A stretch of 64,000 nucleotides of DNA from Vicugna vicugna (GCA_013265495.1 MU058037.1:1737498-1801497); one strand, 5' to 3'. Counted from the stretch's first letter, positions 26,230 through 39,124 are shown. Numbers and translations: made by a program. The notes: generated by a model not told the origin, from the sequence alone.

Positions 26230-26580
26230 CGTAATTCATGATGAACGAGTCTTCTGATTCCTGTTTTTTGAATGTTGAAGAACACTCTTATTCAATACTT
26301 CCCCTGCACGCAACCATTTGTTTTGGAGAGGTTAAAAGAGTGCTTCACTATTGTCTTCAGGATCTTCTCCAAGTCTCTTACTCCTTTTCTATAAAATTTG
26401 ATGCTGACCTTTTTGGTGTTCATACATGAATAGGCAGCCTGGTTGACAGTAATTGTGAAATACCTCAACTGCTGCCTGGTTGACAGTAATTGTAAAATAC
26501 CTCAATCATGAGATTCACTCTAATTACAGAGATATGAAGTGTTAAAATATGTGTGCTTTGGAATTGATGAGATTGATAGT
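26230..26580 (-). mobile_element. Possible TcMar-Tc2 (MER104/Kanga-like) DNA transposon fragment
   Basis: Ends ttacagagat...aaatatgtgtgctttggaattgatgaga, resembling the Tc2-type terminus tgcgtcttagaatcgatgaaata. Confidence 0.35.
26434..26507. repeat. Tandem duplication, 37-bp unit x2
   Basis: gcagcctggttgacagtaattgtgaaatacctcaact / gctgcctggttgacagtaattgtaaaatacctcaatc. Confidence 0.95.
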
Positions 26581-26589
26581 CAGTTTTAT

Positions 26590-27250
26590 CCTTGAAAGTT
26601 TATTATCTATGAGAATTCTTTAAGCCTAGGTTGATGTTGCCTTCCTATAGTGAGCATTTCCCAGTTGCCTGGGGGCAGTTCCAACCTTGAACTACTTTAA
26701 ATTATATACTTTGCTCAAGATATTTTTTGGTCATGCAGGTAATATGAATTTGGACTACAAATTCCTGGGTTAACTAGCTTGTGATTATGAATGAGTTCTC
26801 AGGGGAGATTTTTTTTTTTCCATTCCACCCAGTCTGTCAAGGTTAAGATCAGCAATCTTTTTTTTTTTTTCGCTGTCCCTTCTATAATGTAGTGTGTTTA
26901 GTTTAGTTTAGTTTTGATCTGATTTTTCTTTCTCATTTACCATTACACCTTTGGATTCCATCTTTATGAGGAGTTTCTTGGCATCTGGGCATCTGAACTT
27001 TATCTTCTGTCCCCCTTGCATGTCTGTGCAGCTGTCAAGGCAAAAGGTTAAAGTGTCTAGGATTCAGTAGAAACTCTCAGGTTGAGGCTGACTTTGATAT
27101 TAAGTTAAATACAAGGTTTCACTTTGTTTTACTTCTACAGAATTCTTCCTTTTATATCAGCTCATCAATGCATTTAAAAAGATTTTTTTTTTGTTTTTTA
27201 GGTAAGAGGTTGATCAGGATAACTAGTCTGCCATCTGACTATCCTGGAAA
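26590..27250 (-). mobile_element. Probable old L1ME-type 5' region fragment
   Basis: actttaaattatatactttgc...ggtcatgcaggtaatatgaatttggac...ttctcaggggagatttttt; recalled similarity only. Confidence 0.45.
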
Positions 27251-28239
27251 CTCATTCATTGATTCATTCAGGATAATAGCTTTAGGATAAAAACAAAATA
27301 TCTGTCATAATACAATTGTTGCAATGAAGTCTTCACTATAGTGAGAAATAACTGTTCTAGATATTTCTTTAATTTTGGGAACTACCGTAGCATTGTTCTT
27401 ATCTTAAGTTCTAGCTTAGATATCAAAGTCATTGGTGGAAATGGAAAATCTTGACATAGAAAATCTCAATATTATTTTTCTGAGTTTTCAGAATTAGGAA
27501 GACAGCCTAAGCCTTTATTTTCAAATCATCTGTCTGGTTTTCATAACTAATTTAAGATTTAGATTTAATGAATATTTTCTGATCCAGAAGAGATGCTCAG
27601 TACTATCACAGTTTTTGTTTGTATTAGTTGCTGTTTATTTAAACTCTTTTGATTTACGGTTTGTGCTAAGTCAGATGACCTACTGCCCATCACAAAATTG
27701 GCACATCTTTCAGTGTACCTTAGTTCCATCTAAAGTCAGTTATATTAAGGTTTAATCTATATTATCTGAATCTTTAGAATATCAAACTATGCAGTCATAA
27801 ATTAAAATAGGCAGCATAGCTGTGAAATGCAAGACATCGACAGGGATAGACCAATCTGGTTGTAGCAATTAGACATACAGAAAAGTGTTTGTTTGCTTGG
27901 CTAGGTATAGAATTCTTAGCCAGACTGATTATTTTGAATATACATAAGAAAAACAGTGGATTTTAGGCTATATCTATACCCAGTGAAAAATGCAATTGCC
28001 CAGAAGTGAGTACAAGTATTATATTTCTGTTTACTCTGGGGCAAACTGGTGGTTAAACTAGGCAGTGAAAGTAAAGAAAATTTATAGCCCTTTTTGCTGA
28101 CTCATGGCACATTTTTTGCATAAGTAGGTATGTTAGTTAAGGAGACAGAGCTGTTAATAGCAATAGGTTTTGCATTTGTGGCTAGATTAGGTTAAATTCT
28201 TTTGTTAGGTGTGCTGCTGCTTTTATAGTACTCATCAAG

Positions 28240-28385
28240 CTTATAATAATGTATTACCAATTTTTCCACTAGACTGTGAAGTTTTGAGGGGAGAGCACTT
28301 GGCTGTTGTTTCCTTCTGTAGCTCACTGCCTGTCACATTGCTATGTTCTGAGTACACAGACACATAAATTCATATATTTATTTTT
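28240..28385 (+). mobile_element. L2 3' end fragment
   Basis: ccactagactgtgaagttttgagggga...cactgcctgtcacat. Confidence 0.55.
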
Positions 28386-28889
28386 ATGTATATGATTCAG
28401 TTGTTACAACCGAGAATTGAAGGACAGTCTTTATAGACATTGGGTGGAGAAGGAACTGTTTATCAAGCGTCCTTTCCCTCTCCTCAATTACTGTCTCCCC
28501 TACCACCACACACTTGAAAATAATGTGCATGATCATCATTCAGTTCAAAGGACAAGACAAAATACCCAGTTCTGAGTTTTCGGTGCTAGGCATTGAATTA
28601 TTGATACCAGGAAGATCCTCAGCTTTGACAGTGAAGGATTCAGTGTTTCAAATCAGCAAAGCAGAACGTAATTCTAAGCACAAACTACATTTCACTTTCA
28701 ATCTCTCTCACCATAGAATATAAAATTTTAAAAATAAAATTTGAAGAATGTATTTTTGGCAGCAAAGTAAATTCCATTTGATTGACAAGGTAACTCCTCT
28801 ATCAGGCAAAACTCTAAAGTCAATTTGGTCAAAAGTAAATTTTAAAAAAATTAACAGATCTGTTAATCTTCTCTTTTTTATTCAAATAC

Positions 28890-29670
28890 ATAACTGTCAG
28901 CTTCATTTTTTTGCCCCTTGGAGATCTCCTTCCTGGAACCCACTGTCCTCCTCTTCCTGACTGGTTGCTTTTTAGGTTTGTTGCCCAGTCCTCTTTTGGA
29001 ACTTCCCTTTAGTATCATCCTGGGAATTTCCTTCATCCCTTTCCTGTGTGGAGTAATTTCTCTCTTGGAGCCCATATCTTCCTCTTTCTTGGTTTATTCT
29101 TCTTTTGGTGGTGTACATTCTCCAGTAGCTTTTGGGTAAAGGAGACTTTAAAATTCTTATCTGTCTGAAAATGTCTTTAGACAACTGTCACATTAGATTC
29201 GTTATATATAGAAATCTAGGTTGGAAATATCTTCTTTCAGAGTTTTGAAGGCAATGTCTTCTTCTAGCTTCCAGTATTGTTTTAAGAACTGCAATGCCAT
29301 TCTAATTTTTGATCTTCTGTAAGTGCACTGTATTTTCTCTCTGGAAACTTTTGGAATCATCCTTTTATTTTCATGCTCTGAAGTTTTACTACAACATGTT
29401 TTGATATGAGTCGCTTACTTGTTGTGTTGAGCACTTGCTGGGTCCTTGAAGAAACTTTTGCTCTTCGGTTGTGGGAAATTTTCTTGTATTATTTCTTTGA
29501 TCATTTTTCTCCTCTGTTTTCTTTCCTCTCTCTGTATCTCTTATTTCTCATAATAGACCTGCAGCATGGAGTCTGATTTTTTTTTGTCTTTCTATTGTCT
29601 CTTTATCTTTCTGTGCTTTCCTCCTTAGATTTCCTCAACTCTGTCTTCTAATTCTTCTATTTGTATTTTT
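28890..29670 (-). mobile_element. Ancient eutherian HAL1 / L1ME ORF1-region fragment
   Basis: tcttggtttattcttcttttggtggtgtacattctccagtagctt...tgtctgaaaatgtcttta...tctaggttggaaa...ttttgaaggca...tctagcttccagt. Confidence 0.7.
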
Positions 29671-29789
29671 TACTAAGTAAATAGGATTTTTTGCGCATGA
29701 ATTCCATAGTTAACCTTAAACATATTCAATCTTATATTTTATTGTTAAGATATAGTAACTCTTAATCAGATACTTTGTATTTTAATCTT

Positions 29790-30260
29790 TAACTACTTTT
29801 TCTGATTACAGAAGCATTACAGGCTAGATAAAAACAACAAAAACAAAAGCTCAAAGAACACGAAGTGTATAAATAGTAAAAACTGAGAGTATCCTGTAAT
29901 CCTATTACCTAGTAAGAAACTCATTTAATATTTTTCTATGAAAATTTTTATCTGTGTGTAGTCATACCATGGATACTGTTTTATAACTCAAAAACAATAT
30001 GCTTGGACATTTTCAAGGTCTCTATTTTTAAAATGACTGTACAATATTCCATTTTGTGGATGTACCATTATTTATTTAACTGTTCCTTTATTGAGGGTTA
30101 TTTGAGATTTTCATAATTTTTTTGCTTATACAAAATTGTGCAGTGAAAATCCATGTACATAAATCTTTGTACAATTGTATGATTGAATCTGTGGGATAAT
30201 TTCCTAGAATTGCCATAACTGGGGTCAATGGATAAAGTTCTTAAATTTTTAGCATACATT
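29790..30260 (-). mobile_element. Old L1ME 3' end fragment
   Basis: atattccattttgtggatgtaccattatttatttaac...tgcagtgaaaatccatgtacataaatctttg. Confidence 0.7.
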
Positions 30261-31739
30261 TTATAATAATTTAACAGTCACTTTGCTGCTTTAATTGATA
30301 CTTAAGGTGTTAGAAGAATTGCTTTTTCTTCTATAATCAGCATTGTACTTACTCCTGATTTCTTACTAAACAACAAGCAGTTGCAATAATTACCATCTTA
30401 ATTGGTTATGAATTGACTGCAGAGCCTGCAGAATGTGTATAAATAAAGACAGACCAAATAAGCCATGGCATGACTGGCTCATTACCCTAGTGGCATAAAC
30501 TTTATTATGAAATATCTGAAGTGTACATATTCCCATTTAGATGCTTCACCAGCCTAGAAATAAGATACAATGACTTACCAAGAGAATGAAAGTGGGAATT
30601 ACCTATTCCCCAGATTATTCTCAAGGAAGGATGTATCCAAAGTTGTGGATCATTTCTGTGCAGATATGTAGAAAGTTTGCTTTTTCCAGGGTGTTAAGGC
30701 AGCACTAATGCACCAAAGGTTGTTCTTGATTACAGAAAATCCTGGTCTATCTTTGTGCTTTTCAGATAGATGACATCCTATATGCAGGCCGGGAACTCCA
30801 GTCCCTACTAACCTATTTTTCCATTTCTAAAATATGTGTAAAGTGGTGAAGTACTTATTGGTATTGAGAAATAACTAATGAACATGATTACCCAACATGC
30901 TGAAAGCATAAAGGGCCATTGAAATCTAAAAAAATGTATAAATAAATAATACATTTCTGCTAAATTAAACCCTGTTTTATTTAAAGTATATGAGACAATC
31001 AACTATAAAAAAAAACTTTTTTCTTCAATACTTAGTGTATTTTAGCCTTCCCAAATATTCAGCATAATGGTAACTCTTATACGTTTATTATGGCATTTGG
31101 AAACATGTTTAAGAATAATTAAGCTTAAGAAATTAAAGAAAACTTTCAGAATTCCATTTAATATCACTCTTGAGTTATATATACCAGGTAGCAAACTAGG
31201 AAGTGGAATCATAAGAGATAATAATGGCAGAAAATATATGTAGATAGCACAAAGCTTAGTAATTAGAATCTTAGTGGATTATTAGGGGAAAATAGGGTTA
31301 TTTGGGAGCATATTTCTTACATTTTGAGGATGATGACCTAAAAACACCCAAATGTGCCATCTTCCCTCTGCCAGAGAAAAGGTGCTACAGTTTTTTGGAT
31401 CTTGGAACTGAGCCCTTTGGCTATTTTTTGGCCTGACCATTTTCTTCATTTAGAAGAAATGACCCAAATCATGTTTATCCCATGGTTATTCGTTACTCTT
31501 ATATAATGATCTAAAAAAAATCTCCTCTTTACTCCTTCTTGAATTTTACCTTTTTTTTTTTTGTCTTTCTCTGGAACCCAAGTTTAGATTCTGCTTTGCT
31601 GTTGACTTACTCTGTTAGTCACTTTAACTGTGTAGGCATTGCTATCCTTGTCTCTATAATAAAATATTTAAAATGCTTAAATAATACCAAATAATCACTG
31701 TGGTCTCTTCCAGGTTTATTTTTTGAGATTATAAAAGGT

Positions 31740-32195
31740 CAATCCCTCCATAATCCTTCAGTGGCTTTCTACCGCACTAACGATAAAATCAAAACCTTTT
31801 TGCATGGTCTGTAAGGCCTTACATGATCAGCCCTGCCTCCATCTCTTCCATCTCATGCCACAGTCCTGTGCTCACTACAAGCCAGCCACATCAACTTATT
31901 ACCTTTTTGGGGATTAGCTCAAATAAATACTGCCTTTTCAGAAAGATTTTCCCTGACCCCTTTATTTAACTTAAGCCACCTCATGGAAGTTACTCAGGTG
32001 TTACCATATTAACGTTTTAATCTCCCTCAAACTCTTTATCACAACCAGTTATTATCTTTGTTTCTTCTCATGCCAGATTAGGATGTTAGCTCCATGGAGA
32101 TGGTATCTGGTTTATTTTACATTTATTCCTGTATCTTTAGTGCCAACATAGTTCCTGACATGCAAAATGTGTTAAAAAATACTTGCTAAATATTT
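31740..32195 (+). mobile_element. L2a-like 3' fragment
   Basis: ccttcagtggctt...ataaaatcaaaacc...catggtctgtaaggccttacatgatc...ttccctgaccc...tagtgccaacatagttcctgacat. Confidence 0.75.
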
Positions 32196-32809
32196 ATTGT
32201 TGGAAAGAGACTGGTAGGGGTAGAAATGGTATATGAACCAAGAAGCAGGGGCTAAAAGAGGCCCTATGGTATATTGTGCTGTTTACAATAGTCAGTGAAA
32301 CCCTACAGTCTCCTTATAACAACCACACAGCCAAACAGTCGACCTAAATTGATATCCTGGGTAGCTCTGGTATAAACCATAGAAGAAATTGCACATTTGA
32401 TGGCTTTTCCTCAGGAAGATAGCCCTATTGAGAGGCCTGAGAGTGCCTTGGTGTACTTACAGGTCCCCATTGTTCTCTAACCAGGGCTTTCTTCTTTACC
32501 TCGTCTCAGATTAGGCTCCAGAGATAATAATATTAGGAAATCTAAGCTGAAATGGACCCTAGGGCAATTTCAGGGAAGGAGTCAGCGTGAGGTTTGGATG
32601 ATATAAAATATTTTATTACTTAGCTTTTTGTTGTTGTTGTTACAATGGTGCAAGTGTATAAAGTGGAAAAAACTACTGGCAAAAACCCAGTATTGGGGAT
32701 TTAATCAAATGTCTATCTGATTTAACCAAAATTGTAGAAACAGTTTAGTAACTTTTCTTTTCAAAAGTAATAAAATAAATTTAATTCATATAAAAAGAAC
32801 ATATATATT

Positions 32810-32965
32810 AAATTCTCAATTTAATCTCTGCTCTGCCATTGACTTACTCTATTGGTCATTTCAACTCTCATTCTCTAGGTCTTAGTATCCTTATATATAT
32901 GTATAATAAAATAAATTAAATGATTACTAAGGTCTCTTCCAGCTTAATATTTTGTGATTTTATGA
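32810..32965 (+). mobile_element. MIR3/MIRc-like remnant
   Basis: ctctgctctgccattgactt...atgattactaaggtctcttccagctt...ttgtgattttatga. Confidence 0.6.
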
Positions 32966-35476
32966 TATGGACCAAGCAATAATATCTGGACCATGATCTT
33001 TACCTTTTGAAAATTTGTTCCTTGAAACCATATTTTGGAATGAGAGGTTGTAATGTCAGGCGCAGAACGGCATTGAGTGTTCAGAAAAAAATTAGAGACC
33101 ATATTATGTACATATTCTTTATAATGCTTAACGAGTAACAGGCACCAGTTCTTTGGGTGCTATAATTGGATCAGGCCCAAGTTAGGTTGGATATGGTTAA
33201 ATAAGCCCTATCATGATAGAGTAACTTTGGATAAGTAGATTTTCCCCCCAAAGCATACCTACCACATTTATAATATGTCACTAAAATAAGGTTATAATGT
33301 CCCATTTATTGAAATGAGAACTAAATGGCCACTGGGGATGGCTGAATTGATCCTCAGGGAGAAGATCTTTTTCCTTTTCCTCCAGAGAGTCAACAGGAAG
33401 TGTTTCATTTTAGTACTGGCTTTGTCACTACCCACATTTTTATGGATAAATATGATTAACTGTTATGAAAATCACATCACAGCTATTTTTCCTACTTTGT
33501 ATAAAGTGACCTTTCTCATTCACATTCACCTGCTGTCCTCCATGTGTCACAAAGGAATCAACCACCATGTGAGACATGAGTCATCTATCCAAAGAAAATG
33601 CAGCCTGCTAAGACCCATTCTTCCTTTACTTAATTCACATTAGCTTGGAAGTTCAACTATAGTGACTAGGTGGGATTGTTACTTAGGCAACATATACAGT
33701 TGAATCCTATTTATAATGTTTTATGTAAATAACAGTCATGTTAACCAAGAAGCACCACAAAATTTGAATTGCTTTGTGTTATGCCTGAGATGGATATCAT
33801 ATTCACCACATGTGTATCCACAGTGTAAGGAATCATGCTATGGTAGCAGTTGGAAGACAGAAGCAGCATAGTTAAAAAAAAAAATCTCTGAACTATAAGG
33901 AGGAAGCAGTTGCCCGAGACTTCAGATGAGCTCCAGAACTAAAGCAGTCCTGAGGATATAAGATATATACAAATATGATATAGTTACACAGTGATTTCTA
34001 GATTTTTTCATATTCATTTTTTTCATATTCATTCTCTGGTTTGTACCTCATTAGCTGGTGAGGTAACAAGGCAGGCCTTGTGATTATTTTTTAAAGATGA
34101 AACAAGTGTCTTGCTTTAATAAATAGTAGTTAGTAAAAGTAAGGGCACACTTCACTTGGGCATATACTGATATGTTTATATTATAATATAATTTAAAAGG
34201 TCTCTAATTTATTTTTCTGTGTGTCTATGTAGGATGCTGACCAAAAGCAAATAAATTTTGACATTGACTGAATTGCCAGGTAACATGTCATTAAAAAAGT
34301 AGATTCTGCTATTTTGGTATTGTAATTGATTACACATATTAGAAATTTGTATTAGCTATATCATTGCCTTATTATAAGAATACAAGATGACTTCATGAAA
34401 GTTGTTTAACACTGTATCTTATTGCTTTTCAAGTATTGATTTGACATCTGTACACCTTGATTTAAAAGTTACATTTTATTTTGTATTTAACTCATACCCA
34501 GTTAAGTTTAAAATGAATTGGAGCATGGTTTAGGGCATAACTTATTTAAAAGTAAACCATTTGTCATTGGAGTGAAATGAAGTCATGGGATTTATGGTAG
34601 CTGACAGTTCGATGAAATGGTGCCCTTTTGCTGTATCTTTGAATCATTCCATTTTTCTATATTCACACTTCGATTATCCATGCCTATTCCCATGTACCAG
34701 ATGCTATGCTGTTCCACAGTAAAAGGGATAGTTTTAAACTTCCTCTACTTTCAGAAGGCAGTTTTCTTGCAGTTCAGTTTGTGAACAAAAATGATCAATA
34801 TTTATTATTTTAGTGAAATCAATACTCTGATTTATTTGCCCAAAGTTAATTAGGACCAATACTTTGTATTCTGCTAATAAAACTAACTTTTTTACATTCA
34901 GGAGAAACATTAGCACCTTCCTTTTATCATCCTTAAGCAGCTCTTTGGCATAATAATGATACTTTAAATCAGATCAAAAGCTCATAGGATAAGACACTTA
35001 ATTTGTTAGTATTTCTTATATTTTAATGAAATAGCGATAATGACAGCCTTCCGCATTTCTTTTAACATTCATTAGGTCATTTAGTTCTTTTATTGTGTGA
35101 AGAAATAATTATCAACAAAATATTGTCTCTTACTCAATATGAAAAACATTCTAATTCAAATTTAATCAAAGTATCAAGAATGCTGAGGCAATGAGATATA
35201 TCTCTTTTGAGAATATGGTAAAACCTTCCTGTTTGCTGTGGCCAGGAATGCTCCATACAGAGATGGTCCGAGACTCAAGAGAAGATTCAAGCAAACATAT
35301 GGTTTTAGCAGCTTAATGAAAAAGCGGAGCCTCTACTTAGGGAACTATAATTAGAAAGACCTATAATCATTGTACTAAATCAGGATGGGGAATTCTTCAG
35401 CACCTCACAGTAATTATCTAGGGATATGAAAGAAATACAAACACCTGGAGGCTCCGAGAAGGTACATGATCTGAGG

Positions 35477-35652
35477 CAGGGTCAGCTTCATGGGCATGTG
35501 ACCTGTGCAGTTGCATAGAGCCAAAGGCTCAGAAGGACCCTGCACTTAGTTTAATGCTCTGCTTTTGCTTTCTTAAATGCCTGATAATTTTTGAACAAGG
35601 GCCCCGTCATTTTCCTTTTGCTTTGGGCCTTGCAAATATATAGCCAGTCCTA
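35477..35652 (+). mobile_element. MER45A (hAT-Tip100 MITE), full length
   Basis: cagggtcagcttcatgggcatgtgacctgtgcag...ttttgaacaagggcccc...tgggccttgcaaatatatagccagtcct; degenerate terminal inverted repeats. Confidence 0.85.
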
Positions 35653-35918
35653 ACGTGAGACCACCTGAGAGAGCAGCTTTTGGATAAGGTAGCTGGTTAA
35701 TGATAAAGACCCATGCCAGCGGCTTTGCCAGTGGGATACATCGAGCCAACTATAGAGAACAGTGCAGACTGGGCCCTCCATTGATTTAGAGAATAATGAC
35801 TATTTTTGAAAGACTTGTGAGGAGGAAAGGCAATAAGGTTGGAGATGAATGCTTCCTTACTTTTGGTACCTTGTGTTGTACATAATTTAAGGTGGATTTC
35901 CCACCTGGCTTTCTAGAT

Positions 35919-36500
35919 CAGTGCTCTCCAAACATTACTAAGTGCCCACTCTTATCATTATAAAAATGTGTAAACATCTATATCCCAATACAGGCTTATT
36001 AGTTTAAAACCTACCTATCATATTACTGTAAAACCATGTTATTTGTCAAAATTATCAAATAGAAATATAATGTGAGCCACAAATGAAAGCCATATATTAT
36101 AATTTTAAATTTTCTAGTAGCCAAATTAAAAAAATAAAAAGAAACAAGGAATTAATTTTAATAATTATTTTAGTTAAGTCAGTATATCAAAAATATTTTC
36201 ATTTCAGCATGACATCAGTATAAAAATTATGAGATGTTTACATTTTTAATACTAAGTCTTTGAAATCTGGTGTATATTTTAAACTTTTAGCATTTCAATT
36301 CAGGCTAGCCACATTGCAAGTGTTCAATAATCACATGTGGCTAATGGCTTACAATTGGATAGTCTACTTTTATATATAAAATATAAATTAAAGTATGAGA
36401 ATAAAAAAGATAATGTAAAAGGAACCTCCACATTCTAGATTTTTTAGCCTTGCAAATCCCCTGGGGTGTTATGAATCCCACAACTAAAACAGGTGGTCTA
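35919..36500. mobile_element. hAT-Charlie MITE (MER113/MER112-like), host of MER33
   Basis: Begins tagatcagtgctctccaaa and ends cccctggggtg...ggtggtctag, Charlie-type termini. Confidence 0.45.
36047..36367 (+). mobile_element. MER33 (hAT-Charlie)
   Basis: aatagaaatataatgtgagccaca...taattttaaattttctagtagcca...ctagccacattgcaagtgttcaataatcacatgtggctaatggct. Confidence 0.9.
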
Positions 36501-36859
36501 GAATTGTGATTGGATTTATCAAGTTAATAGGTATGACAATTCTGAAGGATGAAGTTTTTTTATGCCGTAGTTGGTATTGATGCAGATATTCCCCCCCCCA
36601 CATTTCTTTGAAGAGAAGGGAACATAGAACCTATTTCTTTATGGGAAGATTGTCAACTTTCATATTTAAGAATATTGTGTGGGATGAGATATATTTTGGC
36701 AACCATCTTTGGAAAATATAGTATGCCCCAATTCCTTACCACTGTGTAAAGTTGAAGCTCTAGGAAATTGCACTATATTGTTCCCTCTGGCATATTTTTC
36801 CATACCTCTGGGCACATACGTATTCCTCTTTGGGAAGCTCAGAAAGAAATATGAGAAAC

Positions 36860-37030
36860 TGGAGCAGTAGCTAGGCTATATCAAGTCGTGGAAGACTTTT
36901 TGTGTCATACCATGAAGCTTGAACTTTATCTCATCGGGGTTTTTCAACTGGGGAATAGCATAGGCAGAGTTCCTCTGATTGCAGTAGGAGGGTGGATTTA
37001 ACAGGCCAAGACAGAGCCTAAGGCAAGTAG
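36860..37030 (-). mobile_element. L2 fragment
   Basis: atgaagcttgaactttatc...ctctgattgcagtaggagggtggattt. Confidence 0.45.
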
Positions 37031-37429
37031 GAAGTAAAATAGTATATTAAAGCAGTGGTCTCAGCTTGCTCACCAAATTTCATGAGATACACATGCTTGC
37101 TTATTAAGACGTTCTACTTGGAGCACTTGTCAAGTGAAGTTCTAAAAATAGGAACAGAAAGAAGTAGTTGAAAAAGCTTGTTAATGAAAATGTTAAGTGT
37201 TTGAATCTTAATGACTTTGAGCCTAAGCTTAAAAGTGTCCACTCCTATTTCCTTCCCTACATTGCCTTTCTGCTTCCTTACAAAGCCAAATACATTTAAT
37301 TTATCTTAAATCAAAGAGAGATTGTAAGTGAAGACAACTTCAGATGTCTCTATGGAACCACAAACCCAAAAGAAGTCAAAGGTCTGGAGAACAGGGGTGG
37401 AAATGGTTAATTTCAGGGCTATATTAAGA

Positions 37430-38700
37430 AAATTGAGGAATATTCCACAGACAAATTGATCTATACTTTTCAAAAATGTCAATATCATGAAAAATAAATA
37501 GACTAAGAAATTGTTTCAGATTAAAGGATAATAAAAATATATGATAACTAAATGCAATCTTGGATTGGATCCCGGATTAAAAATATTTACTCTAAAGGGC
37601 ATTGCTGGGACCATCAGAGAAATCTGAACGTGGAATATGTATTAATCAGTATTATTGTATTGTAGGGGAGGAAGACTTTTCCTTTCTTCCCTTCTAAGTT
37701 TTTTGGCTGGCCTACTAATTAAATTGACACAAAACAGATTAACCAGAGAAAAACAAATAATTTCATTTGTCCGAGAGCTCATAAAAACATGAGACTCAAA
37801 GAAGTGACCAAAGCAGGAAGCTTTTATACCTTTTAGACAAAGAAACAGTAAACTTGTATAGAATTGACAAGTTTGGGCTTGGGGTAGTAAGTTAGTGAGG
37901 AAGTAACAAGGTTTGTTTATACAGCCTTCTTGGCCCTAAATTTCCTATCTCTGGCGATCCGGTTACCTTCTACTGTCCTGGTATAGGAAGAGTACCTTTC
38001 ACATGGGAGATTTATTTTCTGCTTTCAGGGGAACAAAGGAGTGTCAGAGTGTCCTTCTTGAACCAGCTGTTTCTTAAGTAACTTTAATTCAAAATAATCA
38101 GTATGTCAAGGTGGCATATCTTGGGGTGGCATATTTTGCTTTCCTTCAGTATCAGTTTCATTTCCTGAACTGATAATTGTAATATGGTTATAGAAAAGAA
38201 TATCTTTATTCTTAAGAGATACATGCTGAAATATTTCAGGGCAGAAGGTCATGATATCTGCAACTTAAAACTACTCTTATCAATAAAAAATTGTTTAAAA
38301 AAACTACTCTTATATGACTCACTAAAAAAAATTGGAATATGTTTACACATATATTTATATACTATATAAAAATGTTAGCAGTTGGTAATCTTGGTAAATA
38401 GGTATGGGTATTAATTGTGCTATTTTTATAATTTTTCTGAAGGTTTGAATTTTTCAAAAAGGTCTATTTTAGATATGCACAGTTAAATACTTACAAACAT
38501 AATGATACAATGTCAGATTTGGTGCAGAATAATGATGGATGGGGAGTGAAAATGGGTGAAAGTATAGATGAAATAATTATCAAGATTGTAGATTATTGAA
38601 GCTGGGTGATAAATATGTGATGGTTCATTATATTATTCTGTCTACTTTGGTATATTTTTAAAAATTTCTATAACAAAACATTAAAAAGAAGACAACAGAG
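37430..38700 (+). mobile_element. Old L1MC/L1ME 3' UTR fragments, interrupted by an LTR
   Basis: caaaaatgtcaatatcatgaaa...aactaaatgcaat...tggattggatcc; resumes after the LTR with tttcctgaactgataattgt...gagatacatgctgaaatattt. Confidence 0.75.
37661..38148 (-). mobile_element. ERV1-class solo LTR, MER34/MER39-like
   Basis: TG...CA termini; perfect 4-bp TSD gtat at 37657-37660 and 38149-38152; the minus strand begins tgaaggaaagcaaaatatgccaccccaagatatgccacc. Confidence 0.85.
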
Positions 38701-38903
38701 GTCCTAAATAAAGAAGAGTATGGTGCCCCACCCTCATAAATGAGTAAAAAGAAACAATGCTAAAACTAAAGAAAGTAATTCCATCTAAGTTGTAACTTTG
38801 CCAATTCTACTTTAATGCAGAGGTGGAGGGTGCAGTTATAAAATATTACATTTTTTCATAAGGAGCTTTTGGATGCTGCATTGTATTGGTTTCCTAGCAT
38901 ATA

Positions 38904-39124
38904 CAGTTGACCCTTGAACAACACAGGGATTACGGGTGCTGACACCTGTGCAGTGGAAAAATCTCATTATAATTTTATGGTTGGTCCTCTGTATCTATGG
39001 TTCTGTATCTACAGATTCAACCAACTGTGGATCATGTAATACTTTAGTACATATTTCCTGAGCAAAAAAATCCATGTATAAGGTGGACCTGTGCATTTCA
39101 AACCGTGTTATTCAAGGGTCATTG
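38904..39124. mobile_element. Tigger2-derived MITE (TcMar-Tigger)
   Basis: TIRs cagttgacccttgaacaacac ... gtgttattcaagggtcattg flanked by TA on both sides. Confidence 0.9.

Noticed and set aside
22938..26507. Short direct repeats as a CRISPR-like array
   Set aside because: Only two units each, no spacers or cas genes, and the context is mammalian
28878..29184. Hydrophobic or basic ORFs resembling membrane or nucleic-acid-binding peptides
   Set aside because: They derive from the compositional strand bias of a HAL1/L1 remnant
2451..38148. Two same-orientation MER34-like LTRs as ends of one provirus
   Set aside because: They are 35 kb apart, internally dissimilar and each has its own flanking TSD, so they are independent solo LTRs
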